DNA from: the human T2T-CHM13v2.0 reference genome, Homo sapiens
Strand: one strand, 5' to 3'
Assembly: GCF_009914755.1 (NCBI RefSeq)
Contig: NC_060947.1
Length of the DNA: 64,000 bases
Part shown: positions 33,900-49,377 of the stretch, piece after piece
Layout: each line of letters opens with the position of its first letter
Position numbering within the stretch: position 1 is the stretch's first letter
The notes under the pieces: generated by a model
The model's input: the letters and a program-made list of their open reading frames with translations, nothing else
What the model was told of the DNA's origin: nothing
Databases searched by the model: none
Made by a program: the position numbers and the translations under genes

Positions 33900-36800
33900 A
33901 AGATAGTTCAGCGAAGAATTTTTAGTGAGAGTTGTCAATGTGGTAGATATGTTCTCCTGTTCTTCACCATTATGAGTCTGGGCCATACCCCCCTCACTCC
34001 CAAAAGACATAATTAAACTATTTAAACGGGAGGTACACTTCTGGGGTATCATCACACTTTTTTAATTTTTAATTTTTGTGAGTACATAGTAGGTGTATAT
34101 ATTTATGGAGTACATGAGATACTTTGACACGGGCATGCAATGCATAATCACATCATGGAAAATGGGGTATTCATGCTCTCAAGCATTCATTGTTTGTGTT
34201 ACAAACAATCCAATTACACTATTTTAGTTATTTTTAAATGTAAAATTAAATTATTGTTCACTATAGACACCTGTCATGCTATCAAATAGTAGGTCTTATT
34301 TATTCTTTGTAACTATTTTTTGTATCAATTAACCAACCCTATTCCCCCTCCTACTACCCTTCCCAGCCTCTAGTAGCCATCCATCTACTCTCTATCTCCA
34401 TGAGTTCAATTGTTTTTATTTTTTTAGATCCCACAAATAAGTGAGAACCTGTGAAGTTTGTCTTTCTGTGCCTGACTTTTTTCACTTAACATAATGACCT
34501 CCAGTTCCATCCATGTTGTTGCAAATGACAACATCTCATTCTTTTTACAGCTGAATAGTACTCCATTATGTATATGTACCACATTTTCTTTATCCATTCA
34601 TCTGTTGATGGACACTTAGGTTGTTTCCAAATCTTGGCTATTATGAATAGTGCTGCAACAAACATGGGAGTGCAGATATCTCTTTGATATACTGATTTCC
34701 TTTCTTTGGGGTAAATACTTTGCAGTGGGATTGCTGGATGATGTGATAGCTCTGTTTGAGGAATCTCCAAACTGTTGTCCATAGTGTTTTTACTAATTTA
34801 CATTCCCACCAAGAGCAAATGAGGGTTCTCTTTTCACCACATTCTCTCCAGCATTTCTTATTGCCTGTCTTTTGGATAAAAGTCATTTTAACAAGGTGAG
34901 ATGATATTTCATTGTAGTTTTGATGTGCATTTCTCTGGTGATCAATGATGTTGAACACCTTTTCATATGCCTGTTTGCCATGGTATGTTTGAGAAATTTC
35001 TATTCAAATCTCTTACAGAATTGCCACATTTAAACCCAAACTGACTTTCTAAACCATGTATTCCATTGGTTCTAAACCATGTATTCCATGAATTCCACTG
35101 GAGCTGGGCATTGGTCATCTGGTTCTCTTTTTCAGTTTCTTCTTTAAGTATCCAGGCCATCCTTCAATGACTCCTGCTACTGAAATTTTATGGACAGCAT
35201 AAACAGTTCAGCAAACATCACAGGTAGCTGAAAATGCTGGGTATAGCTTCATATAAACACAGTAATGTTCAGTCAGACTGGATGCAGTCAAGGAATCCAA
35301 ACATGAAACAAAGTCTAAGAGTCCTGGCAGGAAATTTCCACGTCTTCTGTGAGAATAAGTTTGGCAGTATCATACTCAGAAAAGGTATACAGCCATAACC
35401 AGGGGTACACTTAAAAGGAACCTGGGGTATCATCAAGTAATTCCGGCTATGGGATCTGGGGATCCCACCATACTTGACTGTGCAGTTAACAAGCTGCACA
35501 CATTTCCAGGCTCCTTGGCGTTGTGTATTCAAATTGCTAGGTCTTGTTTTGGGTCCATATCCCAAATTGTGGATGGCACTGGTCCTAAACTGGGCAGACA
35601 TGTCTGATGAGCTTGTTGATTCCACTAATTTTCCCCCAAAGGGTCTTTATCCATGGCCATTCACATAGTGCAAGAACAGAAAGTGTGTGTCTTTGGCATT
35701 CTGCTGATAATGCTTATCCCAAAAGAGTCTAAGAATTAATCATCTAGTTTTTGGCCACCAGCCACCAGTCCACACTGCCAGGACATTGGCTGCTGCCCAT
35801 GAGTCAGTAAAAAATGTAAAAAGGAGCATTTTCAGGCTTGTTTTCCATGGCAAACACCACAAGCCAGAACTCCACTCATTGAGCAGAATTGCCTTTCCAT
35901 GTACAATTATTGTAAATTCCTTTTTGGGGTTACACAGCAGCACTGACCACATAACCCACTGGCATTTAAATTAGTTGATAAGTCTATGAATCCGGCTCAG
36001 GCATCTGTAAGAAACATGGCATACTGAAGCCATCAAGATCAAGAAGAAGTCCCAGTCCATCTAATGCAGCCATACATGGAGTGACTGGACACATTTTCTG
36101 CAGGTCTAAGACACCATTCATGCCCAGTTTGCTTGCCACCTTGGTATACCGCTTACACTTAACAAGGATGCTCATTGGGCAAGACCTAATTTATGAGATT
36201 TTCCTTTGACCCTTCATTGAAAGGGATACCAGGAGGTCACAACTGCTACCCTTGGTTTGTTACTCTACTGATGTCCACCAGCACCAGAAACAAGCCAATA
36301 TTAGTCCCTGAAATGGGATCCAGGCAGTGGTGGTGTCAGGGAAGCAGCATAAGCAAAAACTATGCTGAGGAAACAGTGGTACTCAGGCACTACTTCTTGA
36401 AAGGGCTATCCTGTGCCCTAGGATACAGGACTGTTTGAAACGTCTAAATGAATAAACAAACATACACGACGGTATGTTTAAGAGTGCAGTGAGTGAAGAT
36501 GCTTTGAAGCGGACACATCTCGAAAAGTTTGTATTGAACAGGGTGTTGCAAGCAACACAACCTCTCAAGGCCATTTGAGGATTTGTTCCCCATGGCAAGC
36601 ACCACAGCCCAGAATAACACTCACTAAGCAGAATGAGTGCTTCATGTGGTCCCTCTCTAGACACACTGTAAACACATTTTTGGAGCTGCACAGCTGCATT
36701 GGCCCACATACCCCCAATGGCCTTTAACATAATTGATAAGTCAATGAAACAGACCTAAGCATACACAAAAAAAACTTGAGGTACTGAAGCCAACAAGTAG

Positions 36801-38050
36801 CCCAAGTAAACATCCCAAACCCTACATCTAAGGCAGCCATAGCTGAAGAAAGACTGGATACATTTTCTTTAGTTCTGAGACACCAATAATGCCCAGTTTA
36901 TTCTTTCCTTACTATATCACGTCCATTTAAACAAGGACGCTCATAGGCAAGAATGAATTCATGGGATTTTCATTTGACTTTTCATTGAAAGGGATGCCAG
37001 GATGGAACAACCCCTACCCTTGGTTTGTTGCTCTATTGACATCCACCAACACCAGGATCAAGCCAATATTCATCCCTGAAATAAGGTATAGGCAGTAGCA
37101 AGTTCAGAGAAGCACCATGAACAAAACCACAAACCATTACTGGATGTTATATTAATGACATAGCTTAAGGGCGTTAACAGACTATAAGCCTGTTTCATAA
37201 ACATTTAAATTTAAACATGAAGGGCGAATGGGGGAAAAAAAACCTCAGTGGATGTCCTTTCTTTATTTGGATGATTGTTCCTTAATATTTGACAGGTTTA
37301 ATCTTTCAGAGCCTATTACTCAAAATTGTACCCTCTCTCTAAAGAGGACAATATGCTGTCCTTGGCACTTCCAATCCAAATAATGTCATCTGTGTAATGG
37401 TACCAGAATACTTCCAGTGAGGTTTCAGTCTTTTCTAAGTCTCAGCCTATCCACTGGTGATAAAGTGTGGGTCTCATTGCCTTGTCATTTTAACATATAA
37501 TGTAATCCAACCATTTAAGGAAAATGGACTCTAATCATATTAATTCATCAGGATTTGAAGGAAGCAATAGCATATCCACTACTGCATACAAGGCCCTTCA
37601 GGATGCACAATAGACTCCTAGTTTGTTATGACACCTGGAAAATTATTGAGTAAGAAGACAGCTGCCACATTAAACTAGTTATAATTCACACTGAGGTGTC
37701 AATTGACCCTGACTATTTTCACAGGCCAACTGTGGCTATTGTAGGATGGTGTAGCTTCTTTAAGCACATCTGCTTCTATCAGTCCCTCACCTCTTTGCTG
37801 ACACTGCAGTGCTGGCCTTGGGTAACCTAGTAAGATATAGGTTGTCCACTCATCCTACTAACACTGTTCTAATGGTTACATTTCCCTTGTGGGTATATCC
37901 ATTACAATCAATAGAATATTTCCATGCACTTAACAAAACTTCCCACAATACACTCAGCAGTATCAGTTATATTTATGTACCTGTATTGGTCCTCTATACT
38001 GGGGGCTGGCTAGCAAGTGAACTGCTCCCCTACTATCCCACAGAGGTAAG
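33900..38050 (-). pseudogene. Class III (ERV-L-like) pro-pol copy 1, with L1MA insertion and internal duplication
   Basis: minus-strand YNSHSWPVK, *HLSVNY, WYHYTDDII (~37380-37405), FTDSWAAANVLAVWTGGW (RNase H), FGFLDCIQSD (integrase). Confidence 0.85.
34057..35012 (-). mobile_element. L1MA (MA2-like) 3' fragment inserted in copy 1
   Basis: antisense 3' UTR; [23 protein letters not shown]. Confidence 0.92.
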
Positions 38051-38574
38051 GTTAATGTTCTTCATGTGGACACATAGACCCTGAGAAAGGAAATGTTTCA
38101 AGCTTTTTCTTTACTCTAAAAGGGGAAGGGCAAAGTTTAATTCTACCTTGCTTCAAGCAAATGACAAAGACCTCCAAAAAGCTTGTTTTAAGTCTCCTGC
38201 AGTTTGTAAACACAAGGATTAGTATCTGGTTCACACAATGAACTCAGAAATCTGGCACTGAAGCTGCGCCTTTCAGAAGGTACAATAAAATACCTGGTTT
38301 TAGAGTGAGCTGCATTTCTACCACATGCAGGTTACTGTGTTTTCCAAAGACATTATGTGCTTGCTACCATGATGAGTGGTCTGAGATTGTATTAAAATTA
38401 AACCATTCAAGGAGTCCCTGGCATGAAAAGAGGGAGCCTCAAAAGGAAGATCACAAAATTCTAGGGCATAGGTTACATTTAGCAGCCAGTGAAAGAAAAG
38501 GCACATTCCTGAAATCATGTATTGAATGAGATGTCCAACACACACAATATCAAATAAGTAATTTGGCAGAGGCT

Positions 38575-38902
38575 ATCTTTTGGAGAGAGGGTCTTTACGA
38601 AATAACCAAATTAAAATGAAGTCATTATCATGGTCCTAATCCAATATGACTGGTATAAGAAGAGGAAATTTGGACACAGATACATCTGCAGGGAGAATGT
38701 CACATGAAGACAAAGGTGGCCATCTACGAGCAAAGAAGAAAGTCCTGGAAAAGACCCTTTCCTCACATACCTCAGAAGAGACAATCCATGCAAACACCTT
38801 GATTTCTCACTCTGAGCCTCCAAAACTGTAAGACAACAAATTTCAGTTGCTTAACCACCAAGTCTGTGGTACTTACCTATGGCAATCCTAGTGAACAATT
38901 AC
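38575..38902 (+). mobile_element. MLT1B-like LTR inserted in one spacer motif
   Basis: cctaatccaatatgactggt..gaggaaatttggacacaga..gcctccaaaactgtaagacaa..ggcaatcctagtgaacaattaca. Confidence 0.8.
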
Positions 38903-40106
38903 AGGATCCAAAGGCAAAGACAAAAAAAAAAGTCAAATATTTCCATATTCTAAAGTGAGGTGCTAAGCCAGCTTGAAAAGTAATGGACCCAAACGGGATC
39001 TGCTGCCATTAGCACATCACCCACTGTTGGGTGAAGGGTGGAGAAGTACACAATGAAGATGACCCTCCAAGTACAGCAAGAAGGCTCCTAAAAAGACATA
39101 CCTGAAATTAGTCACATACATGGGAGGATCTGCATGTACCCTGACAACTCAGAAAAGGATGAGATGAAGGGATACTGGGTTACATGCACAGTATAACCCA
39201 TTGGTATTCCTGAATTTCTCCCAGTCACACTACTTTTATCTCTTCTTTTCCCTTTGCCTTCTACTTTCCCTCTTTTTTCCCAACCCTTCCAAGATCCCAT
39301 TCATCATGCTGAGAGATAGCTACCTACAATGCAGTGATTCTCTAACTGAAGATAGGTACCCAATAATTCAAAGAGACATTTCTATGGGTAGCTGGACAAG
39401 GTAATCCTAATGGAATGCAATTCAACATACTCATCATCCATATGTATGGTTTCCTAAATTAGATGTATCCAAAATTAACATAGAGCAGATCTGGAATGCT
39501 CTCCCATCCTTTCACAATCCATTTGTCCTATTTCAACCATCAGGATGTGATCTCTTTTTCCCAAAAAGCACTGTTACATTACCAGGCTCCAGAAAAAGAA
39601 GGCTAAAAATCCAAGGAGTAGATTTGTCAAAATCATATGGCACCCTGACCTCCAAGTCTACACAGCAGCTTGGAATGCGGTCAACATGGACATGGGGCCT
39701 CCACAGCTTCCACCAGCACCTCAGGGAACTTTGGGCTTTTGCTTCATACCTTGTCTGCAGCTCTGATGTTGCAATCCAAACGGAAGAAAGAGTACATATG
39801 TAGGGAGCTCATTTTTGCTAAAATGAAGGGCTATGCACACTGGATATAGCAATTGAATCAGCACCTGAAGTTGGAAAAAGGCAACAGACAAAACCTGCCA
39901 AACTTTTTAAGGGTCCAATGACAATAGAAAAGAGGCCTCCAGAGAATACCTACTAAATGTTAATTCTCCCGATTTAAGTAGCAGGATCTGCAGGCACTCC
40001 ACCAATTAGAATGATGGTATGATGGAACACAGGCTTCCCTCACTTTTTAAATAAGTAAACTCAATAAATTAATCCACCCAATTACCTAATAAGAATGTAG
40101 AGAGTA

Positions 40107-40445
<339 letters not shown>

Positions 40446-40679
40446 TCAGACACATCCCTGAAAGCCTTCCTTAAACAGGATACTGAAAGCAATGTATCTT
40501 AGAATATAAGAGTTTGGCCAGAGGGTACAAAAGACAAAATAATACATTCCCAGTACCCCAAATTTTAAACCATGGTTCTCAGCTATCTTCACAAAACCTT
40601 GACCAAAAATGGTTAAGCAGACATTAGCCCATCACCCACCTCTGGGATATAAAACATTTGGGTAGAAGAAGGAAGAGGG

Positions 40680-43600
40680 AGATTTTGGAGGGTGTGGACA
40701 ATGAGATATGCATTTCTATCCCATCCTGACTCTGGGCATCCTCAACCCCTCCTCTGCCTCATAATTAAACATTCTATTTAAATGGGAAGTACTGGCTGGG
40801 GAAATGCCACATTTAGAGCCCAAATTTGTCTTCTTAGCCTATGCTCCACTGGGACCTTAGTCTGGTTCGTACTCCTATTTTATTCAGTCTCTTCTCTAAG
40901 AATCCAGGCAATTTCTCAATAGTCCCTGATGTTGGTAAAAGATGTGGCACATGGTTGCATCCACCAGAAGTCCCATGAAGCCTCTCACTACTGGGTAACT
41001 TTTCCTCTGAAAGTGCCACCATTGTCTCATTGAATGTGGTTGCTGAATACAAATATAAGACACAGTCCAAATAAGAGTTCTGGTATGTTGCTTCCCCTTG
41101 CTATGGAAATGAGGATGTCAGTGCCATTTTTTATAAAGGTACCTACTGCATCCTTGGCCAGCAGTATCCTTGAAAGAAGGTTAGGGTACCAAGTCTGGTA
41201 TTTCTGCCTATCTGAAAAGGAGATTCCCCCTCCACTGGGTTGTATAGCCAGCATCTTAGGCGCATTCTCCAGGTTTCCTTGGCCTCATGGGATGGAATCA
41301 GTAGGTGTTGTTTTGGTGCCAGATCCTGAATTGAAGTTGGATTTTCATGCTTTGTTGCATACTTTATCCAGATTGTTTGGTACTAACCTGGCCAAAACAT
41401 GTCTGATCAGCTTGTTGATTCCATTGAATTTCATTCTCAAAAGCTCCTTATCCATGCACATCACATGGTGAATGAGTAGGAGTTGTGTGTCTTATGATAT
41501 TGGTTGATAATATTTTCTAAGCCTGAGTCTTGATCAGGCTTCCTGCATCCAAGCAACAGTCCACATTTTCACCAAATGGACACATGCTTGGGAATTAATC
41601 GAAAGGTAAGAAGGTGCATTTTGGGAAGCGATTTCCAGGGCAAGCACCACAGCCTGTAACTCCAACTACTGAGTAGAATGTCCCTTTTCACACGTAGATG
41701 CAAGCAGTTTTCTTGGGGGTTGTACAGCTTCTACACCTCACAAATCCTTCGGTCTTAAACTTAGCTGATAAGTCCATAAATCACATCCAGGCATCCTGGG
41801 GACTCTGAGTGTACCAAAGCCACCAAGAAGGCCAAGATGCTGGGCACAGTTCCTGTACCTGAGACAGCCACATCTAGAAAGCAACTGGATGCTTTTTCTT
41901 ATACCTCTGAGAAACCATTAACGCATGGTTTATGCATTCCTTTGATATACCACTTTCACTTATAAATGGATATTCCTTGGGTAATATCTACTTTGTTGGT
42001 GTTCACATATGGCACTCTTCTGTGATAGAAAACTCAAGCCATATTACACCTGATCTTGCTTCATTACTTGCCCAATGTACAATAACACCCACTAATAAAT
42101 CTCTCAAATGGGGCACATAAGGTGGTGGTTTCAGTCATACATTAAGAACAAAACCCAAAAGGTTCTACTTTCTAATGGCCACATCTTTTTGCTGCAGGCT
42201 CCAGTCTGTATCAATATCATTCACTGACAACTTTCTCAAAAATACTGCACAGAGAATGATCTGAGTAGAAAGGTGGACTTACACTGCTGCCCAGAGAGTT
42301 TCTAAAATAGGTTGATGGTCAAATTACATGTACTTAAAGATAAGTTGTGCAATGGTCTGAGCAAGATCCCAAAGTGAGGTATAAAGTAAAACAATACTGA
42401 AAAAGTTTATTATAAGTGGTGCAAAATATGATTTCCTGGAGGCTTTTAGACTATCAGTTTTTCTTGAACAAATTCATGGATTGTTTTTGGACATCAACCA
42501 ACATGGTTTCCAAAAACTATACTTCAGTGGCTGGCCCCCAATTCTTATAGAGTTAATCTTCAAGTTCTGGTTACTCAGATATCAATCTACCTACCTAAGA
42601 CAGACAGTATGTATTCCTTAGTCTACCTAATTTGAATAATGTCATCCATGTAATGTTACCAAGACAGCTTGGCTGCTCTTTCAATCTTCTGTATTTCTGG
42701 GCCTATGTAATGTTGAAAAAAACAAGGGAGGTGTTAGGTCATCTTGAGGCAGCACATTGAACATGTGTTGTAATCTGAGCCCCATGAAGTCAAATAGGCT
42801 CCAATCCCACGGATGCAGTGGGATTGAAAGAAAGCATTATCATGTCCACCACCAAGAACAAGACCCCATGGTCTGTGCAATGGATCCCATGATCATTAAC
42901 CCTTGAAATGCAGGTACAAGGACTACTCTGCATTCAGCTTGCTGTATGACACAGTGAGGCATCAAATACTCATTGTATTTTATCACCAACTATACTGGGC
43001 TAATACAGGGTAGTATACTTTCCTTAAGCACCTCTCTCTCCATTAGTTCCTTAATCAGTGTATGGACCTTCTTTCATCCTCTGCCCTCAACCTGGTATCT
43101 TACATGGCTTGACTGATATATCACAGCTTGTACCGTGGAAGCCTAGTGGGATCTTGGTTGTCAACTCGTCCCACTACCATATCCTAATTGTGGCATTTCC
43201 CCATTGGGAACATCCCTTACCATCACAAGAAGAATTACTGACTCTCAGACTGAAGGATGTTTACTCTCAGACTAAATGAGTGTTTAAGAGAATCCTTTCT
43301 GGCCAATACACTCTGCAGTCTCGCCTACAACACTTTGGATGTGTATTGGCCAGAAAGGACTCACCTCAAAACTCATTTTAAATACATTCTTCAGCCTGAG
43401 AGTCAGTGTAAATCTTCATAAGAACATCAGGGGTCACTACACAGCACAGCGATTTGTTCCCCAGTGTCCAAAATTGCAGAAAAGATTGTTCAACCTGGGA
43501 ACAGTCAATTCCCCCATACACTCAAATCAGTACATAAAGCCTCCATTTGCTATTATAACTGAAAGGTCCTTGACATCTATCCTAGACTCTTTTTTACTTC

Positions 43601-44550
43601 TAAGAAGTAAGGTCTAAGTAGAAAGGTGGAGTGCTTGATGTTAGATAACCTTATGAATAGCATCAAACTCAGCAAAGTTTTCTAGGTCTTCTTGGTCCTC
43701 CTTTGTCATTAGTGAGAATGTCATAGCCAGACTAACTTAAAAAATGAGAGCTCAGTCACAGACGACTGGGTGATCTCCATTCCTTCTTCTCCAGCACGAT
43801 GTGGAGGGTTCCCTCATCTACTAGACAAGGAGTCAAGTATATACAGGCTCAATGGGTGCTTGTCCAAAATTCTTCAATATTACTTCTCAGCCAAGCATGA
43901 TGGCTCATGCCTGTAAATCCAACACTTTGGGAGGCTGAGGCAGGAGGATGGCTTAAGCCAAGGAGTTCAAGACCTAGGCAATATGGTGAGACTGCGTCTC
44001 TACAAAAAAAAAAAAAAGTTTAGAAATTAGCAGGACATGGTGGCGTGCGCCTGTGGTCCCAGCTACTCAGGAGGCTGAGGCGGGAAGATCACTTGATCCC
44101 AGGAGATCGAGGCTGCAGTGAGCCATGATCCTGCTACTGCACTCCAGCCTGGGTGACAGGGTGAGACTCGGTCTCAAAAAAATAATAATAATAACTTATT
44201 TCCCACTAAATGTAGGAATAGACTTCACATTTTTAAATAACCAACTGCCCCTTTACAACAGACACTTTTTCAAAAAGGTCTACCACTGCCTTGCAGATAC
44301 CGTACCATACTTAGACAGTCAACCTGCAGATTCTCACCTAATTCCCTAAAAAGGGCACTGTGGCCTTACCAGCCTCCAAGAAAAGGGGTTAAAATCACAT
44401 GTAGTAAGTTCCTCAAAAAGAGGTTGGTCAAAGGCCTGTGTGGTATTGCCTCTTTTACTACAGGATAAATGAGCCAGTCAGTATTTACAACAGTTTTGTA
44501 GGAGCAACAAGTTTTCTCTCAGAACGTAGAATTCTTGGACATTTTTTTCT
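40680..44550 (-). pseudogene. ERV-L-like pro-pol copy 2
   Basis: *CLTVSYSKLN, QHMFNVLPQD, HYMDDII (~42636-42657), QWNQQADQTC, HVPHLLPTSGTIEKLPGFLEKRL. Confidence 0.85.
43889..44193 (+). mobile_element. AluJ
   Basis: dimer with J-type ggaggatggcttaagcc and ggctgcagtgagccatgat. Confidence 0.92.
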
Positions 44551-44597
44551 AATAGGACACAATCCATTTGTCCTATTTCAACCATCAGGATCTGATC

Positions 44598-44680
44598 TGA
44601 GCCAAGATTGCGCCACTGCACTCTAGCCTGGGCGACAGAGCAGAGACTCCATCTCCCAAAAAAAAAAAAAAAAAAAAAAA
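44598..44680 (+). mobile_element. Alu 3' fragment with poly(A)
   Basis: tgagccaagattgcgccactgcactctagcctgggcgacagagc..(A)n. Confidence 0.9.
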
Positions 44681-45240
44681 GATGTCTAAGAAAAAAAAAA
44701 AAGACAGCAGTACTGAGTGTGTGAACTCACTTAAGTTATTTTGAGTACAATAACTGGCAGGCGGGCCCTGATTTTGCTAGGGATCTAAATTCTCCTTTGC
44801 CGGGGGCACCCAAGGACATAAAGAATGCCACCTTCAACTTGCCAATCAACAAAACATCATTGTAGAGTAAAAACTTTGGAAATCAGGAATTTTTTTCTCA
44901 TACAAAATAAACATTCAAAACTCAAAAACATGACAAATTACAGAGACAAAGATATTGAATGCAATATGTCCCCTCATGTAAGAGATATGGCAGATACTCC
45001 AAAGGATAAAACATTAAATGCCCAGGACTCAATATTTTAAAGTGAAGTGCTGCACAATCTTGCCAAGAAATAGACCATAACTGGTTCCACGTATTGTCAC
45101 ATGACCCAGCCCTAAGATATTAAATAATTTAGTTATTAAATAGAAGAAATACAGCATTTTGTGAGAGTTGTCAATGTAAGAGACACTCTTCACCATCATG
45201 AGTTTGGGCCAAGTATCCCCACTCCTTAACTAAATAATTA

Positions 45241-45540
<300 letters not shown>

Positions 45541-46289
45541 AAACATTCTATTTAAATGGGAGGTACCCTTCTGAGGAATTATCACATTTAGTACCCATAC
45601 TGACTTTCTTAAACATGTGCTCCACTGGGAGCTGAAAATAAGTCATCTAGTTCTCATTTTTAGGCTATTCCTTAAGAATCCATGCCATTCTCCAACACAA
45701 CATGCTACCTGGCTATTATTCAGAGTGTGAAGCAAACAAGCCAGGCAGCTGCCCACTAATGGGTACTTCCTATAAACCTGGCATCATTATCTGATTATAT
45801 GCAGTCAATGAATCCAGCCATGTAGAAAAATCTAAGAGTACCTGCATAGAATTATCCTGTCTGCTGTGGAAATGGGTTGGCTGTGTGACACTAAAAACAG
45901 TAATCTAATGCAATCCACGATCATCAGTACCCTTGAAAAGAGGGTACGGGGGTCAGTTCTGGTACTTCTGGCTATGGGACCTGGAGATCCTCTCTCTACT
46001 TGACTGTGCAGCAGGCACACTCTGTACCTTTTCTAGAATTCTTTGGCCTCGTGTGTTGGAAACACTAGATCATATTTTGAGGCCAGGTCTCAAATTGTAG
46101 ATACATTATCATGTCTTGTTGCATAGTCAATCCACATTACCATGGTCCTAACCTGGGCAGGACATGTCTGATGAGCTTCTTGGTTCCTCTGATTTTGATA
46201 CTAAAACAATCCTTATTCATGGTTATCCACATAAAGCACGAAAAGGAAATATGTGTCTTGGGAATTCTGCTGCTAAGATTCATCCCCAC

Positions 46290-46863
46290 GAGATTCCCTG
46301 AAGAGCTAAAGGTAGATCTACCATTCAATCCAGCAATCTCACTACTGGGTATCTACCCAAAAGAAAATAAGTCATTATATTAAAAAGACACTTGCACGCA
46401 TATATTTATAGCGGTAAAATTCACAATTGCAAAGATGTGGAACCACCCTACATACCTGTCAACAAATGAGTGGATAAAGAAAATGTGGTACATATACACC
46501 ATGGAATACTACTCATCCATTAAAAGGAATGAAATAATGTCCTTTCCAGCAACTTGGATGGAGCTGGAGGCCATTATTCTCTAAGTAACACAGGAGTGGA
46601 AAACCAAAAACCATATGTTCTTACTTATAAGTGGGAGCTAAGCTACTAGTATGCAAAGGCATACAGAATGAGATCGCGGACTTCAGAGACTCAGAAGAGG
46701 GGAGGGTAAGAAGGGGCTAGGGATTGAAAAAACTACACATTAGGTACAATGTACACTACTTGGGTGAGGGGTGCACTAAAATCTCATAATTCACCACTAT
46801 ATAATTCATTAATATAACAAAAAATCACTTGTACCCTAAAAGCTATTGAAAAAAAAATTTTTT
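46290..46863 (+). mobile_element. L1PB 3' fragment
   Basis: 16-bp TSD taagattcatccccac at 46274-46289 and 46864-46879. Confidence 0.93.
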
Positions 46864-47312
46864 TAAGATTCATCCCCACAGAGACTATGTGTCATCTAGT
46901 CCTTCATCCATCAGCCACCAGCCCACGCTGCCAGGCTATTGGCAGCTACTCCAGAGTCACTCAAAATGTAACAATGTATATTTGGGAACTTGATCTCCAG
47001 GGCAATCAACACAGCCCAGATCTTCACTCTGAAAATTTTCATTTCCATGTAATTGTTAACAGTTTGGGGGACGTTGCACAGATGCACTGGCCCACATACC
47101 TCTTTTCCTTTATCTTAGATGATAAGTCCCTGAACAAGATGTAGATATCCACCAGAAATTTGTTGTATTAAGGCCACCAAGAAGTCCAAGGTGTCACAGT
47201 TGCTGCAACTATGACAGCCTTTTCTGGAGAGTAACTGAACACACTGTCCTATAGCTCTGAGATATCATTAATGCCTGGTATCTGTCTTTCTTAGATATAT
47301 ATGTTACAGTTA

Positions 47313-47622
<310 letters not shown>

Positions 47623-48607
47623 AAAAGAGGATGTTACTTGGGCAAGACCCACTTTATTGGTATTTTCATTTAGGACAAATCCCATGGTATGGAAATCAGG
47701 GCATAACACCATCTGTCTTGCTTTGTTACTTTCTCAGTGTCCACTGGCAACCAATAACAAGCCAACAATAATCTCTCAAATGGAGTATATCAGGTAGCAA
47801 TGTCAAGCAAGCACTATGAGCAAATCCCAAATGGTGAAGACATCGTATTGCCACTGGGTCCTGCAAAAATGTTAGTCACTGACACTTTCTCTCAAAACAT
47901 AATGCAAGGGTACCAGGCTGAGAGAAAATCTGGTCTGTACAGCTTGTTGAAGAGGTTGTAAGTCATGTTGTTGTCCAAAGTGTAAGCGTTTCAAGTAATC
48001 TTAGGTAATGTGCTAAGCAGGACCCCCATAGTAGATATGAAATGCATCCCATACTGAATGAAGTTATCATATTTTATGTTTCATGTGGGTTGCTATAGAT
48101 TTGAGGCCATAAGTTTTTCTTTAAAAAGTTCCAGGATTGTTCTTTGGGCATCAGCCACATTCTTTCCATTAGTGGCTGGCTGCTAATATGAGTCTGGGTT
48201 AATCTTCCAGCCCTGGTCTCTTGGTTTTCAGACCATCTTTCTCAGGTATATGGTATGCTGCCCATAGCCTGCCAATCTGAATAATGTCATCGTGTAAGGT
48301 TACCAGGACCCCTCTGGTGAGGTTTCAGTCTTATTTTGGTCATGGAATACCCACTGATGAAAAATTGCTTGAAAGTATAGGTCAATGTGGAGCGGCACAG
48401 TGGACATATATTGTCATATGAGCTTTATGAGTCAAATATGCTTTGATCATATGGTTGCAGTGGTATCTGAAGAAAGCTTCACATTAATATGTCTACCACA
48501 GGATTCCAGGTTCTTCATGCTGTGCAATAGACTCCACAACTATTATGATGTCTGGAAAAGCAGGGCAAGTATTAGGAAAACTGCTGTTATATTGATCTTA
48601 TGAGTCA

Positions 48608-48941
<334 letters not shown>

Positions 48942-49377
48942 TCACTGGTAAAATAGGGCTGTTGTAGAATACCATAGTCTTGTGAAACATCTCTGCTTCC
49001 ATTACTTCCTTGGTCAGTGTAGAGTCCTCCTTTCACCACCAAACCCCAAATCACAGCATCCTACCACACTTGGTTGTTACCTCATGGCTGGTCTGAGGAA
49101 GCCTGGTGGGCTCTGATCGCTCACTTATCCCACTGCCACTGTTCTATATTGGCATTTCCCTATTGGAAACATCCCTTACAATCAAGAAAATAATTACAAA
49201 TCTTAACACAACTCTTACCACAATACACTTACCAGTACCAGTTTATAACACCTTTCATATGTATTGACATGAAACGGCTCAACTATAAACATACATAAGT
49301 CCATTATCCAATATGAGGACTATTTTCAATCAAGTCAAAGTAAAATTTTGATTGTGCTTTGGATGCATCAAAGCAGC

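Noticed and set aside
35047-35089. Short tandem duplications (also 21471-21498, 63026-63062)
   Set aside because: Ordinary slippage events.
43237-43407. Palindromic MITE insertion
   Set aside because: The right arm is homologous to native sequence in the other copies, and no TSD is seen.
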